Assembly (NCBI GenBank): GCA_964385635.1
Contig: CAYLPU010000011.1
Coordinates: forward strand, 133-64,132
Origin: an uncultured Anaerolineales bacterium
GTDB taxonomy: Bacteria; Chloroflexota; Anaerolineae; B4-G1
Direction of reading: 5' to 3'
DNA: 64,000 nucleotides
This document shows positions 1 to 8,232 of this stretch, piece by piece. A program made the translations under genes and the position numbers. The notes beneath the pieces are model-generated. The model worked only from the letters and a program-made list of their open reading frames with translations. It did no database searches and had not been told where the DNA came from. Position 1 is the first letter of the stretch. Every line of letters begins with the position of its first letter.

Positions 1-926
1 AAGCGGGGGCGGAGCCGTATCGCCCTGTGCAGCGGCGCGCTCATCCACAAAGGGATGTGGAAATACCAGTGGGCCTTCGGCAGGCACACCGCTCCGAAAT
101 CGAGTGCTTGCCGGTCTCCCATGACCTGTACCGCGTCGAGGTCAGACACCCCCATCTCCCGGACGGATGCCTGGGCCAGGTGGAGCACCTCGCCAGGCCG
201 GTAGCCCATCGCCTGCGCGATCACCGCGTCCAGCGCCACCGGGTCGGTCGAACCGGCCAGACATCCGTACTGGTTGGGGGTGCCTCCCATCCCTGGCCCG
301 TTTCCCTCCTGGCCGAGCACGCCGTCCATCAGCGTGAGCCCCGGCCGGACCAGTTCCAGCACGTCCACCAACGCCTGGCTGAACTCTCGCACGCCCGGGG
401 CCCGGCAGTGGACCTCCCGCTTGCGCGTGCCGGGGATGGTGCCGAAGAGGTTCTTCACCGCGCCGGTGTAGAGCGTGAGGATGTGGGTCTTCAACTTGGG
501 CAAGTTGATCACCAGGTCGGCTTCGAGGACGGGGCGAGCGATGAGGTAGTCGTTGCCGTCCAGCCGCTTCCACACCATGCCGTCGAAGGGGACCAGGCGG
601 GCGCCGGTACATTCCGCTATCTCTGCCATCCCACTCCTGTGGTAGACCAGGGGGCCGTTCTTGGCGGGGCCACCGGGCGAGTCGCCGATGAGGGCGGTTC
701 CCCCAGCCTCCTGCACCAGTTCGACCACCGCCTGGACCACCGCCGGATGGGTCGTTATCGCCCGTTCCAGGTCAGCGGCAGCCAGCAGGTTGGGCTTGAG
801 CAGCACCTGCATCCCCGGGCGGACAAACCGGCTGATGCCGCCAAGTGGGGCGAGCACGGCGGTCACTGCCTGGCGGACTGTGTCGGGCTTGTATGTCTTA
901 CAGGGTACGACGGACACGATGGGCAT
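1..926 (-). CDS. DUF362 domain-containing protein (3' end beyond window edge)
   Basis: Absent from the ORF track because it has no stop inside the window. Reverse-strand ATG at 926-924 is preceded by AGGAGGA (937-931). Hand translation MPIVSVVPCKTYKPDTVRQAVTAVLAPLGGISRFVRPGMQVLLKPNLL... resembles DUF362 N-termini. The + ORF 27..1001 is its antisense shadow. Confidence 0.6.
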   Translation of the reverse strand, partial: MPIVSVVPCKTYKPDTVRQAVTAVLAPLGGISRFVRPGMQVLLKPNLLAAADLERAITTHPAVVQAVVELVQEAGGTALIGDSPGGPAKNGPLVYHRSGMAEIAECTGARLVPFDGMVWKRLDGNDYLIARPVLEADLVINLPKLKTHILTLYTGAVKNLFGTIPGTRKREVHCRAPGVREFSQALVDVLELVRPGLTLMDGVLGQEGNGPGMGGTPNQYGCLAGSTDPVALDAVIAQAMGYRPGEVLHLAQASVREMGVSDLDAVQVMGDRQALDFGAVCLPKAHWYFHIPLWMSAPLHRAIRLRPR

Positions 927-1029
927 GTTTTCCTCCTGTGCGCCCATTCTACCCGTCCCCCCTCAATCCGTCAAGGTTCTCCCGCTTCGAGTCGCGGATG
1001 ACCAAACATGGGCTGCATTAAATCGCGCA

Positions 1030-2283
1030 TCATCGCGCAGCGGCAGATCGGGGCGGGAACGATTCGGCAGCCCGCGCAATCATGTACGCCACCAATCCAT
1101 CCTCGCCCTCGTAAAAAGGCTCATAGTCCTGCTGTTCCCAGCCAGGCGATGGCCCCAACGTGAACGGCCCAAAGCCCAGCACATAGTCATCAGCGTCTAT
1201 CTGACCATCGTACCACCGCATGCGGGCAATCACAGCGGTCTTGTTCACTGGGTCATAGCCGCCGCCGGCGTAAAACTCACTCACGAACAGGGGAATGACC
1301 TCGTCTCGCTCCTTGAGCAAGTAATATAGGAAACGATAGCGGAGGCACAGCGCACCAGCACCATCAAGGATTGGCCCGCCAGGGATCCACCCGCCGGGCG
1401 CGGTCACCCCAGTGTCTTCAGTGGTAGGATTGCCATCCTCGTCCGCAAAGTGAACGTTCCACCACTTGTCTATCGGGTCGTCGCCAAAGACCCCTTCGTG
1501 TACGGTAAGGATGTGAGCGCCAGCCTTGGCCCGCGCAAACACGCCCGTCTCGACGATAGCCAACAGGTCAACCCACTCAGGCGTACCGGCACTGAAACCA
1601 AAGATGGCCAGTTTCAGGTCGTTGGCCTCAGCGATATCCAGACACTTGATCGTCAGCCGGGCTAGACGCGCATAGGCATCTGTGGGCACACCGCCGCCCA
1701 ACGGCTCATTCGTTGGCTCCCAATAGTCTACCGCCTGCCTGAGCGAAGGGTCGTTTTGAACCTCGGTCAAAATCGGCTCCATCAGGACAGCCGCATACCA
1801 ATCCAGGTCCGTGCCCGGGTCATTGACCAAGATAGCGCCCTCGTGGTCGTGAGTCAGGCGGCCAACGGTAATCGTCTCCGGACTAATGCGCTTCACGTCT
1901 TTCAACCAACCCAAATCATCCACGGCCTTGACAATCCTAAACGGCGCACCAGCGTGCGCCAGGATCTGAGTAAACTCAAGGATGCGGTTCGACCAAATGC
2001 CGTGGACGCCCAGTTTGCTCCCGTTGCCCACGGGCGGCGGGGGTGGAGACGGGAGCGGCTGTGCGGTCGGGGTGGGGCTGGGTGTGTGCGTGGGGATACC
2101 GGTTGGCGGGGTCTTTGTGGGCTGGGTGACTTCTGTCGGTTGAGTGGGTTGTGTGGTTAATGCGGGTGTGGCTGGTAGGCTAACCGTAGGCGTAGGTTGG
2201 CTGAGGATGATGGAAACAGGTGAGCATGAGGCAAGGGCAATCAGCACCGCCAGGATTAGGCCAATGATAAGAAAGATCTTGAT
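1030..2283 (-). CDS. Secreted lipoprotein, glycoside-hydrolase-like (TIM-barrel, clan GH-A-like NEP motif) with Pro/Thr-rich linker
   Basis: ORF 1030..2247. It has a lipobox LASC, a PT-rich linker and YWEPTNEP. The in-frame upstream extension IKIFLIIGLILAVLIALASC completes the signal peptide, so the start is proposed at ATC 2283-2281 (see finding). The canonical GTG is at 2247. Confidence 0.5.
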   Translation of the reverse strand: MKIFLIIGLILAVLIALASCSPVSIILSQPTPTVSLPATPALTTQPTQPTEVTQPTKTPPTGIPTHTPSPTPTAQPLPSPPPPPVGNGSKLGVHGIWSNRILEFTQILAHAGAPFRIVKAVDDLGWLKDVKRISPETITVGRLTHDHEGAILVNDPGTDLDWYAAVLMEPILTEVQNDPSLRQAVDYWEPTNEPLGGGVPTDAYARLARLTIKCLDIAEANDLKLAIFGFSAGTPEWVDLLAIVETGVFARAKAGAHILTVHEGVFGDDPIDKWWNVHFADEDGNPTTEDTGVTAPGGWIPGGPILDGAGALCLRYRFLYYLLKERDEVIPLFVSEFYAGGGYDPVNKTAVIARMRWYDGQIDADDYVLGFGPFTLGPSPGWEQQDYEPFYEGEDGLVAYMIARAAESFPPRSAAAR

Positions 2284-2287
2284 AGCG

Positions 2288-3925
2288 TTACCTCCGCAAA
2301 ACCCGGCCCCGACGCTCCCGCCCTACGGTCTGCCCGTCTTGGGCCACGACCTGCCCCGAGATCAGCACCGCTCGGATGCCTGTCGGCGGAGCATCGGGCC
2401 GGCCGGGGGTGGTGTTGTCGGCCACCGTCGCCGGGTCGAAGAGCACCAGGTCAGCCCATCCTCCCTCGGCGATGCGGCCCACGTCCGCCAGGCCGATCCG
2501 CTCCGCCGGGAACGAGGTCATCCGGCGCACCGCTTCCTCCAGCGGAAAGAGACCCAGGTCGCGGCTGTAGCGGCCCAGCACCCGGGGGAAGGTGCCGAAA
2601 GAGGCCGGGTTGTGGCGGCCCCGCCGGGTGAGGATGGTGTCGGTCATAAACGCACACAGGGGATGGGCGAGCGCTGCCCGCAACGGCTCCTCCCGCTCGC
2701 CATCGCCGGAGTAGGTGCCCAACCCGACGCGCGCCTTGCCCTCGCTCATCCGGGCGACGTGCATGTAGGCCTCGAACTCCGGCATACCCAGGCGGCGGGC
2801 GATGGCGGCGAAGTCCAGCCCTTCCAGTTCGGCCAGTTCCCCCGCGCGGCCCCACAGCAGGATGATGTCCCGGAAGTTGAGCCCCAACGTCCACCGCAGA
2901 AGGTCGATCTCTCGCTTGAGCCGCCGCAGCACGCGAGGGTCGTTGATCTTCTCCGCGAAGCCGTCGAGAAACCAGTCGGGGAAGACGACGTTGACGGTGG
3001 AGTTGCCCACGGTGTAGGGGAAGGCGTCGAAGGCCACGTCCACCCCGCCGGCGGCAGCCTGCTCGACGTCCCGCAGGACGGTGCGATGGGTGCGCCAGGT
3101 GCGGCGACCGACGAAGATCAGGTGCGACAGTTGGAGCCGCACGTGGGCCTCACGGGCCAGGGCCAGCAGTTCCCGGGTGGAGCGGACGTTGTGGGGAGTA
3201 CCCAGGATCATCGGCGTGTAGAAGGGGGAGACCCAGGTGTAGGCCCGCCCGTGGACGGTGAAGATGGAACCTTCTTCGGCGACGGTTCGGAGCAGGGCGA
3301 GCAGTTCCTCGTTGTGGGCGAAGACACCCGGAGCGTAGGCCAGCCCTGCCGACAGGCCAAAGGCTCCCTCCTGCAGGGACTGGCGAACGAGGCGGCGGAG
3401 GGCGTCCACCTCCTCCGGGGTGGGGGGAGTGGGGCCATCGGCGCGTTCCCCCATCACTGCGTAGCGCAGCGTGCCATGGCCCACCAGAAAGGCAGCGTTG
3501 AGCAGCAGGCCATCGCGTTCGAGGGTGTCCAGGAACTCGGCCAGGGAGCGCCAGTGATAGGGGAAGGCCCGCTCCCGCATCATCTCGGAAAAGCCATCCA
3601 GCAGGGGCATGGAGTCCTCCGTGACAGGGGCGGGGGAGAAGCCGCAGTTGCCGGTGACCAGTGTGGTGATGCCCTGCAGGAGAAGAGGGGTCAGTACCTG
3701 GTCGTGGTCAGGGAGGGGGAGAATCCAGTCGGAGTGGGAGTGGACATCAATGAAGCCGGGGGCGACGATCAGGCCGGTGCCGTCGAGAGTCTGCCCGCCG
3801 GTCAGGTGTTCCCCCGTGGCGATAGCGGCGATCCTGCCGTCGCGGATGCCCAGGTCGGCCCGGAATCGAGGCCGGCCGGTGCCGTCAATTACTGTGCCGT
3901 TGGTGATGATAAGGTCAAAGTTCAT
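2288..3925 (-). CDS. N-acyl-D-amino-acid deacylase (D-aminoacylase) family amidohydrolase
   Basis: 545 aa. N-terminus MNFDLIITNGTVIDGTGRPRFRADLGIRDGRIAAI...APGFIDVHSHSDW is typical of the D-aminoacylase/amidohydrolase family. Confidence 0.85.
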   Translation of the reverse strand: MNFDLIITNGTVIDGTGRPRFRADLGIRDGRIAAIATGEHLTGGQTLDGTGLIVAPGFIDVHSHSDWILPLPDHDQVLTPLLLQGITTLVTGNCGFSPAPVTEDSMPLLDGFSEMMRERAFPYHWRSLAEFLDTLERDGLLLNAAFLVGHGTLRYAVMGERADGPTPPTPEEVDALRRLVRQSLQEGAFGLSAGLAYAPGVFAHNEELLALLRTVAEEGSIFTVHGRAYTWVSPFYTPMILGTPHNVRSTRELLALAREAHVRLQLSHLIFVGRRTWRTHRTVLRDVEQAAAGGVDVAFDAFPYTVGNSTVNVVFPDWFLDGFAEKINDPRVLRRLKREIDLLRWTLGLNFRDIILLWGRAGELAELEGLDFAAIARRLGMPEFEAYMHVARMSEGKARVGLGTYSGDGEREEPLRAALAHPLCAFMTDTILTRRGRHNPASFGTFPRVLGRYSRDLGLFPLEEAVRRMTSFPAERIGLADVGRIAEGGWADLVLFDPATVADNTTPGRPDAPPTGIRAVLISGQVVAQDGQTVGRERRGRVLRR

Positions 3926-4077
3926 TGTCGCACTTCCTCTGAAGTTATCTTGGTCGTGTCACAGCCGATGGGAGTCGGCCAATGATTGCTGATGGCCGCC
4001 TCTGTTGAGGGGATTGTAGCATTTACTGTCATACGTGTCAATGTGGCAATGCGACTGTCATACATACGACTCGCCCC

Positions 4078-4105
4078 TTGCCCCCATTTCTCAGCGTGGT
4101 ATAAT
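4078..4105 (+). promoter_or_regulatory. Sigma70-like promoter upstream of rph (-35 TTGCCC, extended -10 TGgTATAAT)
   Basis: TTGCCC at 4078-4083, a 16-nt spacer, then TGGTATAAT at 4097-4105. This would place the TSS about 4-6 nt before ATG 4116. Confidence 0.35.
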
Positions 4106-4838
4106 GTCTTTTGTTATGGCAGACCATTTGACACGGTCCGATGGCCGTCGGCCTGACGAGATCCGTTCCGTCAATTTCATCCTGGATTACGTCGAGTACC
4201 CCGAGGGCTCGGTGCTGATCGAGTTGGGCCGCACTCGTGTTCTTTGCAACGTTAGCGTTGAGGAGCAAGTGCCGACCTGGATGGTCGGGCGCAAGGGGGG
4301 ATGGCTGACCGCCGAATACGCCCTTCTCCCCCGCTCCACCCACACGCGCACACCACGGGAGACCCAAGGGGTGCGCGGCCGGACTCAGGAGATTCGCCGC
4401 CTCATTGGGCGCTCGCTGCGTGCTGCCGTGGATCTCGATCTGTTGGGTGAACGCACACTGGTCGTGGACTGTGACGTGCTTCAGGCCGACGGTGGCACCC
4501 GTACCGCTGCTGTTACCGGCGGCTATGTCGCCGTGGCCCTGGCGCTGCGCCGTCTGGCCGGGCGCGGCCTGGTACCGCCGGAGGCGCTGAAGCCACCGGT
4601 GGCAGCAGTCAGCGTCGGTGTGGTGGGCGACGAGGTATGGCTCGACTTGTGCTATAGCGAGGATCACGATGCCGAGGTAGACCTCAACGTCGTGATGACG
4701 GATGATGATCACCTGGTCGAGGTGCAAGGAACGGCCGAAGGCACGCCCTTTTCGCGAGAGACCCTCGATCGCATGCTGGGCCTGGCAGCACAGGGTATCG
4801 CCCGCCTCGTCCAACGTCAACGCGAGGTGCTGGGGTGA
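4104..4838 (+). CDS. rph: Ribonuclease PH
   Basis: RSDGRRPDEIRSV...GWLTAEYALLPRSTHTRTPRE...GRTQEIRRLIGRSLR...DCDVLQADGGTRTAAVTGGYVA. The ORF-track start (GTG 4035) is probably too long. ATG 4104 or ATG 4116 is more likely. Confidence 0.9.
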   Translation: MSFVMADHLTRSDGRRPDEIRSVNFILDYVEYPEGSVLIELGRTRVLCNVSVEEQVPTWMVGRKGGWLTAEYALLPRSTHTRTPRETQGVRGRTQEIRRLIGRSLRAAVDLDLLGERTLVVDCDVLQADGGTRTAAVTGGYVAVALALRRLAGRGLVPPEALKPPVAAVSVGVVGDEVWLDLCYSEDHDAEVDLNVVMTDDDHLVEVQGTAEGTPFSRETLDRMLGLAAQGIARLVQRQREVLG

Positions 4839-6211
4839 GCGCTTCGGAATTCACGTCCGGACAGCGTCGTACTATCATCTTGTTGGTCGTCGCAGTTGTC
4901 GTGGTCCTCGCCATGCTTGCGGGCATCGTCGTCACCTCTGTCCAGAGTTGGAAGAGCCTACCGCCTGCCCCAACCCTATCCTTCGTGTCCCGGCTTCCCA
5001 CACCGCTCCCAACCCCATTGCCTGCTCCCTCCCTGGCGCCAGAAGAGGGCTTATGGTCTCAGGTGCAGGCCGCTCGCCTTTTCGATCAGATCGCCCATCA
5101 GGTGGAGACCCTGCGTAGTCTCTCTCCACGCGCCGAGGTGCCGCTCAATTTCCTCGACGAGCGTGATATGACCACGCTCCTCCATCGGCTCTACGTCGAA
5201 CGCGGACCAGAGGCGAAATTGTTGCCGTATGCTGCGCTGGGGCTGGTGCCCGATGTGCCAATCTCCATCCGTGCCCATCAGGTGGCAGGCATCTATGTGC
5301 CTGAACAGGAGCAACTCTACGTCGCTACTGGCCGGCAGGAAAGTGGTGTTGACGATCAGGCGCTGTTGGCACACGCCTATGCCCATGCTTTGCAGGACCA
5401 GCACTTCGATCTGGGGGCGATGGATGCGCGCGCTACGACTACCGATGCCGTCTTGGCCGTTCAGGCGCTGGTGGAGGGAGACGCGACCTTCCTGACGGCG
5501 CTCTATCGCTACGATGACCCGACGATGGCTGACTGGGAGCATCTGTCAGAGTTGGTTTCGCAAGCGGAGCAACCTGCTTACGGGGAGGAACTGGACCGCA
5601 GCGAGGCCTGGGCGCGGCTGCGACGGTTCCCGTACTGGGAAGGTCGTCAGTTTGCTGAGACTCTCTTCCGGACTGGTGGGTGGGAGGTCATCGACCATGC
5701 CTATATCGACCCGCCCCGTTCGACCGAGCAGGTACTCCACCCGGAGCGCTATCTGGAGGAGCGGGATGATCCCACCGTCGTCGCTGTGCCCAGTCTCGGT
5801 GCTGTCCTCGGCGAAGGCTGGACGATGCTCCTCCAGGATACGCTGGGCGAGTTCGTCGTCGGTCTGTATCTCAACGAGGTGCTGCCGGAGGAGAGGGCCT
5901 GGCAGGCTGCCGATGGCTGGGACGGCGACGTTTTCGTCGTCTGGGAGCACGAGGACGGGCGCACGATGCTTGTCTGGCGCACGATCTGGGACAGCCCCGC
6001 CGAGGCCGCTGAGTTTGAGCGTGCTCTCATCGCGCTGATACCCCAGCGTGACCTGCCCGCCCGACCTGTTGATCCACCGGAGGGGCTGGCGGGCCGATGG
6101 TGGGAGACTGATGCGGGAGCGGTATATGTCCAGCGCCTGGCTCGCTACGTTATTCTCGTGCACGCTCCTGACGTCAACGAGATGGCGAACATCATGGAGG
6201 TATTGCCGTGA
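4835..6211 (+). CDS. Membrane-anchored hypothetical protein, metalloprotease-like with degenerate HExxH (HAYAH)
   Basis: GTG start overlaps the rph stop (GTGA at 4835-4838). It has an N-terminal TM helix and the motif LLAHAYAHALQDQHFDL. Confidence 0.6.
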   Translation: MSASEFTSGQRRTIILLVVAVVVVLAMLAGIVVTSVQSWKSLPPAPTLSFVSRLPTPLPTPLPAPSLAPEEGLWSQVQAARLFDQIAHQVETLRSLSPRAEVPLNFLDERDMTTLLHRLYVERGPEAKLLPYAALGLVPDVPISIRAHQVAGIYVPEQEQLYVATGRQESGVDDQALLAHAYAHALQDQHFDLGAMDARATTTDAVLAVQALVEGDATFLTALYRYDDPTMADWEHLSELVSQAEQPAYGEELDRSEAWARLRRFPYWEGRQFAETLFRTGGWEVIDHAYIDPPRSTEQVLHPERYLEERDDPTVVAVPSLGAVLGEGWTMLLQDTLGEFVVGLYLNEVLPEERAWQAADGWDGDVFVVWEHEDGRTMLVWRTIWDSPAEAAEFERALIALIPQRDLPARPVDPPEGLAGRWWETDAGAVYVQRLARYVILVHAPDVNEMANIMEVLP

Positions 6212-6292
6212 GGGTGAGGATGTGGAGAAGGTGGGTGAGTCACCGCCGGTCTGCTGAGTCTGCTGGTCTGTGTCAGAATTAGGAGGGACACG

Positions 6293-6877
6293 ATGAAGCG
6301 TCAAGATGCATGGGAACTGCTCAACGAATACACCAAGAAGCCCAACTTGATCAAACATATGCTCGCCGTTGAGGCGGCTATGCGGGCCTATGCGCGCCGT
6401 TTCGAGAAGGACGAGGAGAAGTGGGGCATCGTCGGATTGCTGCACGACTTCGACTACGAGCGCTACCCCGATATCAGCCCCGATGGCCATCCCAATGCTG
6501 GTGCCTGTGTCCTGCGCGAGCGTGGCTGGCCGGAGGAGATCGTCCGTGCGGTGCTCTCCCACGCCACCGAGGTCACTGGCGTGGAGCGAGAGACGTTGAT
6601 GGAGAAGACCCTCTATGCCGTGGATGACCTGACGGGTCTCATCGTCGCCGTCGCGCTGGTGCGGCCCAGTAAGGACATCCGCGATGTCCGCGTCAAGTCG
6701 GTGAAAAAGAAGTGGAAGGACAAGCGCTTCGCTGCCGGCGCGCACCGGGAGATGATCGAAGAAGGCGCCCAGATGATCGGCGTTGAATTGTGGGAGCACG
6801 TTGGCGTCGTGCTGGAAGCGATGCAGGGTATTGCCGAGGAACTGGGACTGGACGGCTATCTGGCACAGCAAGTGTAG
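6293..6877 (+). CDS. HD/HDIG domain metal-dependent phosphohydrolase
   Basis: 194 aa. LIKHMLAVEAAMRAYA...GLLHDFDYERYPD...HP pattern of HD-domain proteins. GGAGGG RBS lies upstream. Confidence 0.85.
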   Translation: MKRQDAWELLNEYTKKPNLIKHMLAVEAAMRAYARRFEKDEEKWGIVGLLHDFDYERYPDISPDGHPNAGACVLRERGWPEEIVRAVLSHATEVTGVERETLMEKTLYAVDDLTGLIVAVALVRPSKDIRDVRVKSVKKKWKDKRFAAGAHREMIEEGAQMIGVELWEHVGVVLEAMQGIAEELGLDGYLAQQV

Positions 6878-7004
6878 TCTGCGGTAGGTGAGAAGAGTCT
6901 TGTTTGGGATTTGGCATTTGTTATTTCCTGTTTCTGTGTTATCATACCCGTGGGCAGGGACAAGCCCGGCCCCTACTTCCATCCGACGCCCCGCTGTCCG
7001 GTAG

Positions 7005-8165
7005 GTGACAATGGCCGAAGTACCTGAAGTCTCTCTCCCAACCGAGGAACCCCGCTACTGCCCGGCTTGTGGCTCACGAGTGGCAGCGATGGCGACAACC
7101 TGCCTGATGTGCGGGGCTTCGCTCGAGGAAGAAGCCGTAGCCGAGGAGAAGGTCGAACGAGGATTGCCTGGTTGGGCCAGTACTCTGATCGTCGTCGTGC
7201 TGGCGCTGGTAATCCTGGCGGCGGGGGGGGTCGGAATTTACGCGCTGCTGACCGTTGGCCCTGGAGAACCGACATCCACGGCTACACCTACTCGCACGCC
7301 CACCGCCACGCTGACCCCAACACCCACGCAGACGCCCTCTCCTCCTACCTCCACACCCACCCCTGTTCCACCGCTCGTCCATCAGGTGCAAGAGGGGGAG
7401 ACGCTCATTGCTATTGCCTCCGCGTACGGTGCCACCGTCGAGGAAGTATTGGCTTTGAACCCGGATCTAGATCCGGACCTCATCCAGATGGGCCAGGTAC
7501 TGCTTATTCCGCCGTCTGTGGGGGCAGTCGCCACCGTGGAGCCCGAGGGGCCGACTCCTACCCCTGGGGACTACTTCGTCCATGTCGTCGTGCCGGGAGA
7601 GACGCTAAGCACGATCGCTGAGCAATACGAGATCTCAGTCGCGCTCCTCCGTATTGCCAACGATCTGTCGTCTGACGATGACACCATCCGCGTCAACCAG
7701 TCGCTGGTTATCCCGCTGGGTACGCCGATGCCTACCCCTACGCCGACCGTGGACCCAAACGCCACGCCTACTCCTATCCCGCCTTACCCGGCGCCTCCGC
7801 TCCTCAGCCCAGCGGACAGTGCGGTGTTTGTGGGAGATGATGAGCCTGTTCTTCTGCAGTGGTCTTCGGTGAGTGTGCTGCGCGATGGTGAGTGGTATAG
7901 GCTGACTCTCTCCCAACCGGCCGGTGGTGTAGTGTCTGCTACGACATACACCCGCGCCACTGCCTGGCACGTCCCCCTCGATCTGCTGCCAGCCGCAAAC
8001 GGTGATGTGCGCATATTTCATTGGCAGGTGCACGTTGTGAGGGAAACGCGGGACCGGGATGGCGCACTGGTCTATGAGGAAGCAGGCGCTCCTAGCGAGG
8101 TGCGTACCTTCACCTGGCTGGAGCCAACTCCTACGCCTGGCCCTTCGCCCACTCCGATGCCCTGA
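7005..8165 (+). CDS. LysM peptidoglycan-binding domain protein with N-terminal zinc ribbon, TM helix and PT-rich linkers
   Basis: CPACGSRV...CLMCG zinc ribbon. Two LysM units: HQVQEGETLIAIASAYGATVEEVLALNP...LLIP and HVVVPGETLSTIAEQYEISVALLRIAN...LVIP. ATG 7011 is an alternative start. Confidence 0.8.
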   Translation: MTMAEVPEVSLPTEEPRYCPACGSRVAAMATTCLMCGASLEEEAVAEEKVERGLPGWASTLIVVVLALVILAAGGVGIYALLTVGPGEPTSTATPTRTPTATLTPTPTQTPSPPTSTPTPVPPLVHQVQEGETLIAIASAYGATVEEVLALNPDLDPDLIQMGQVLLIPPSVGAVATVEPEGPTPTPGDYFVHVVVPGETLSTIAEQYEISVALLRIANDLSSDDDTIRVNQSLVIPLGTPMPTPTPTVDPNATPTPIPPYPAPPLLSPADSAVFVGDDEPVLLQWSSVSVLRDGEWYRLTLSQPAGGVVSATTYTRATAWHVPLDLLPAANGDVRIFHWQVHVVRETRDRDGALVYEEAGAPSEVRTFTWLEPTPTPGPSPTPMP

Positions 8166-8172
8166 AAAAGCA

Positions 8173-8198
8173 CAGCGCCGCTCAAGAGAACGGCGCTG
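8173..8198. terminator. Bidirectional hairpin terminator between convergent LysM gene and nfnB
   Basis: CAGCGCCG (8173-8180), a 10-nt loop, then CGGCGCTG (8191-8198). It is flanked by AAAAAG upstream and a T-rich tail downstream. Confidence 0.5.
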
Positions 8199-8232
8199 AC
8201 TTTCGCTATTTACCGGTCGTCTTACTGGTCTT

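Noticed and set aside
27-1001. Long + strand ORF (324 aa) and other long ORFs such as 2144..3985 (+), 5546..6982 (-), 11312..12451 (-), 21875..23776 (-), 53950..55035 (-) and 62466..63917 (-).
   Set aside because: Each lies antisense to a gene with clear family motifs. Their translations are Arg/Gly/Pro/Ala-rich with no recognisable domains and no RBS, which is typical of shadow ORFs in GC-rich DNA.
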